Assembly: GCA_000934665.2 (NCBI GenBank)
Contig: JYFJ02000115.1
Location: forward strand, 124,001-178,794
Origin: Catajapyx aquilonaris
Lineage: Eukaryota
Direction: 5' to 3'
DNA: 54,794 bases
Shown: one piece after another, positions 52,115 to 54,794 of the stretch
Numbering within the stretch: the stretch's first letter is position 1
How the letters are laid out: the number at the start of each line of letters is the position of its first letter
Position numbers and translations under genes: made by a program
The notes under the pieces: generated by a model
Seen by the model: only the letters and a program-made list of their open reading frames with translations
The model's database searches: none
Told to the model about the DNA's origin: nothing

Positions 52115-53608
52115 TCAAAATTCGATTCCATAAGGGTAGTGGGGGTGCTCCTTGAACCTGCAAGAAAACCAATGACCTTGAACGAATATAGAATGAGTTG
52201 TTGAACCTCCGGACGAACCAATTATAATGAAAGATGCGCCTGCCAGTGCTGATGGAATTGATTTCATCCATGTCCATCTCCGATATCTCGAAGTTGAAGA
52301 TGTTGAAGTTTTCCTCCAGCTCTTCCTTGCTGTTTGACTTTGGGATGGCGATAACGTGTCTCTGCATCTATTTAAGAACAGACCCGGGTTATGAGCCCAT
52401 GCAGCCAGCCACCGAAGTTGGTAACAATAGAGAGCATGCGGGGACGATGACGCAATCGCATACCTGCCAACGAAGAGCAATCTGGGCTGGAGTCTTTCCA
52501 TACTTCTGGGCCACTTGACGCAGCAAATCATTCTCCAGGACCTCCCTAGTGGTGTCCCACAGCATTGCCTTGCTCTTGTAAGCACCTAGAGGACTGTACG
52601 CTGTGATCCGGACGTCCCTCTTTCTGCAAAACTCGATCAGCTTGGCCTGGTTGAAGTAAGGGTGACACTCGACCTGGTTGACCACTGGTTTAATTCGACA
52701 TTTGTCCATCACCCTCTGGAGCTGCTGGCTGTTAAAGTTGGACACCCCGATGGATTTGGTGATGCCTAACTCGACACACTCCTCCATTTGCGTCCAGGTG
52801 TCCACGTAGTCCACGTCTGAATATGGAGGTGGGGAAATATCCGGTCCTGGTAGCGGCTCAATAGTGTCGCTTTCCTGCATGACATTGTTGGACAAGCATG
52901 GCGTAGAAAGAGGGTGGTCCATCGCCACAGTCCTCATTTCCAAAGGTACGGATTGTTAACCCTATAGCTACTAGTGGGGAGCAACCGTAATTGCTACAAT
53001 TACTTTTTGTGAGTGTTGCTTCTCTTGTAGCTCGTTCCCACTCTTGAACTGGCGAATTGGCTCAACATAAAGGGCCAATCAACATGAATGAAACGCACTT
53101 ACTTTCATTGCAATAGGCCAGTGGACAAGATACAGGTCGACGTATTCCAAGCCTAGGTTTTGGAGACTTCGCTTCAAGCTTGGAACCACCAAGTCCTTTC
53201 TCATAGAGTTGCACCAGAGCTGGCAGAAATGACGCAAGATAAAGTGTGTCATAAAAATATTCCTGCAAACATTCATTACCTTGGTCGTGACGAAAACCCG
53301 GTCCCGTTTGATGACGCCCTCTGATATTTTGTCCCGGATGGCATTTCCGACAGGAATTTCAGACCCATACAATGCGGCCGAATCGAAGTGTCGGTACCCT
53401 ATGTCGATTGCGTCCTTGACGGCCCTTTCGATCAGCTGGAAGTCCACCTTCGCATTACCCTGTTAAATGGGAGCCGCAAATTACGGCAATCAGCTTGGAA
53501 ACCACTTGAAACGCGTGGTCTTCTTACCTGAGCGGTTCCCATGCCAAGGGACGGGACACGCAGACCGTTGTTGAGCATCAGACCCGGCACCTCGGAACCA
53601 GAACTCAT
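52115..53608 (-). CDS. aldo-keto reductase (AKR1-like), paralog C, 6 exons, ~326 aa
   Basis: Exons 53528-53608, 53280-53459, 53103-53219, 52464-52874, 52219-52367, 52115-52157 splice in frame. [51 protein letters not shown] and IPKS are present; ends FKEHPHYPYGIEF*. Confidence 0.93.
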
Positions 53609-54794
53609 TCTGCGGAATTAGACTGTGGCACCTCTAAAAATAGACGACTACCCGTACTTATTAGGTCACCTTGCACACAGAAACCACGGGCAGAAACCTT
53701 CAGATTTCTACTAGAGAAGTAGGCCAACTCACTGTGAATGATATTTCGTGGCGCTATCCGACGATAGTATCATCTTTACATGTGGTGACCTTTTGGGTGA
53801 CTAACACCTCATGCATCGAATATAGTAGAAACTACGTATATGCACCAGACTGCCTCCTCTTTTTTTTACACTCTTGACGTAGCCGTCTGCTTAATTTAAC
53901 CCCATCATACATTTGGTTTCCTCACGCTCGAGGCCAGTAATCCTTTTGCCTTACCACATACATCTCCCGACTACGAAATAAAGTGTTTGGTATACTGTAC
54001 TAACGCACCCACGTGTTTCTCTGTAGCCATTCGAGGTCACATAGGTAGACCTACACAACACCATTTTGTCACTAAAATTGTAAATGTGCCCTTTTTTCGG
54101 TATACAAGTTGGCATTATAACATATTCATTACACAGTATTATGCCCATTGTGGAACATCAGTTTGCTACCAGCAGATGATTCCCAATGTATCTTAGTAAA
54201 CGTAAAACTGTTCAGTACATTGTTTTTGTTGAACTGACAATTAGTGAGTGAAGGGTTTCAATATAATAACAGGAAAAGGTGTAATATTAAGAAAAGTAAA
54301 CTGGATGTTGTTTTGAGTCAGCTCTATTGACCAGAAAATAGTGTTAACTTTTATTCTTGCCTCATGTTTGAGGTGATGTCGAAATAGCCACGTTTACGTG
54401 GAGTATTGTAGACTAGTACCGGTATTATATCTTTGAATAAAATAATTTCTTGTCGTTGTTACCCAAGGATGCATGAGGTGCTCTCTGTCTTTTCGGAGCG
54501 ACAATGGACCTGAAAATGAGAAATGCATTTGAATTATTCCGAGTGCTGACTAGGCATTCCATATGTATTAATCGAAAACTACAGTAGAGACATTACTGTC
54601 ACTGGTGCCATTCGGCTGGAGTGCAGCAGCAATATCTGACAAGGGAACCTCTCGAAGTGTCCCTCGAAGTTCAAGGTCAAATATTTTTTTCGGGTTTCTT
54701 ATCAGCTAGAAGGACAACACCCTTCTGGAGAAATCCTCGATCTCAAGCGTTTTCGAGATACAGGGGTCAAAAGGTCAAGAATGGGCAACTTTAT

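Noticed and set aside
54650..54794. Repeat-like sequence at the right edge (aaggtcaaa, cgttttcgagatacagggg)
   Set aside because: Resembles a MITE interior but is truncated by the window, so termini cannot be verified.

Overview
Eukaryotic (arthropod-like) genomic DNA with compact genes and mostly 50-65 nt introns; no prokaryotic operons, CRISPR arrays or rRNA/tRNA genes were seen. All homology calls come from my recall of known family motifs, not from database searches. From left to right: the first coding exon of huckebein (hkb, minus strand, remaining zinc fingers presumably left of the window) with ~9 kb of upstream non-coding DNA; an unrecognised intron-free 218-aa ORF built from ~14 11-residue repeats (predicted beta-solenoid, the best novelty candidate); two tandem aldo-keto reductase (AKR) genes, each with a GC-AG intron at a different position; a foldback element and a possible transposon relic; a ~3.6 kb island of decayed, intron-retaining fragments of three unrelated genes (PARG twice, ACAD9, TGFBRAP1) mixed with a minisatellite and a MITE; mitochondrial Hsp70 (Hsc70-5/mortalin) head-to-head with NDUFC2 across a ~0.4 kb promoter containing a 30-bp tandem array; the PP2A B55 subunit gene twins (tws) with a U12-type intron and two alternative first coding exons; ~16 kb without recognisable genes carrying several MITEs; and a third, more divergent AKR. 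All three AKRs have lost the Arg that binds the NADPH 2'-phosphate.
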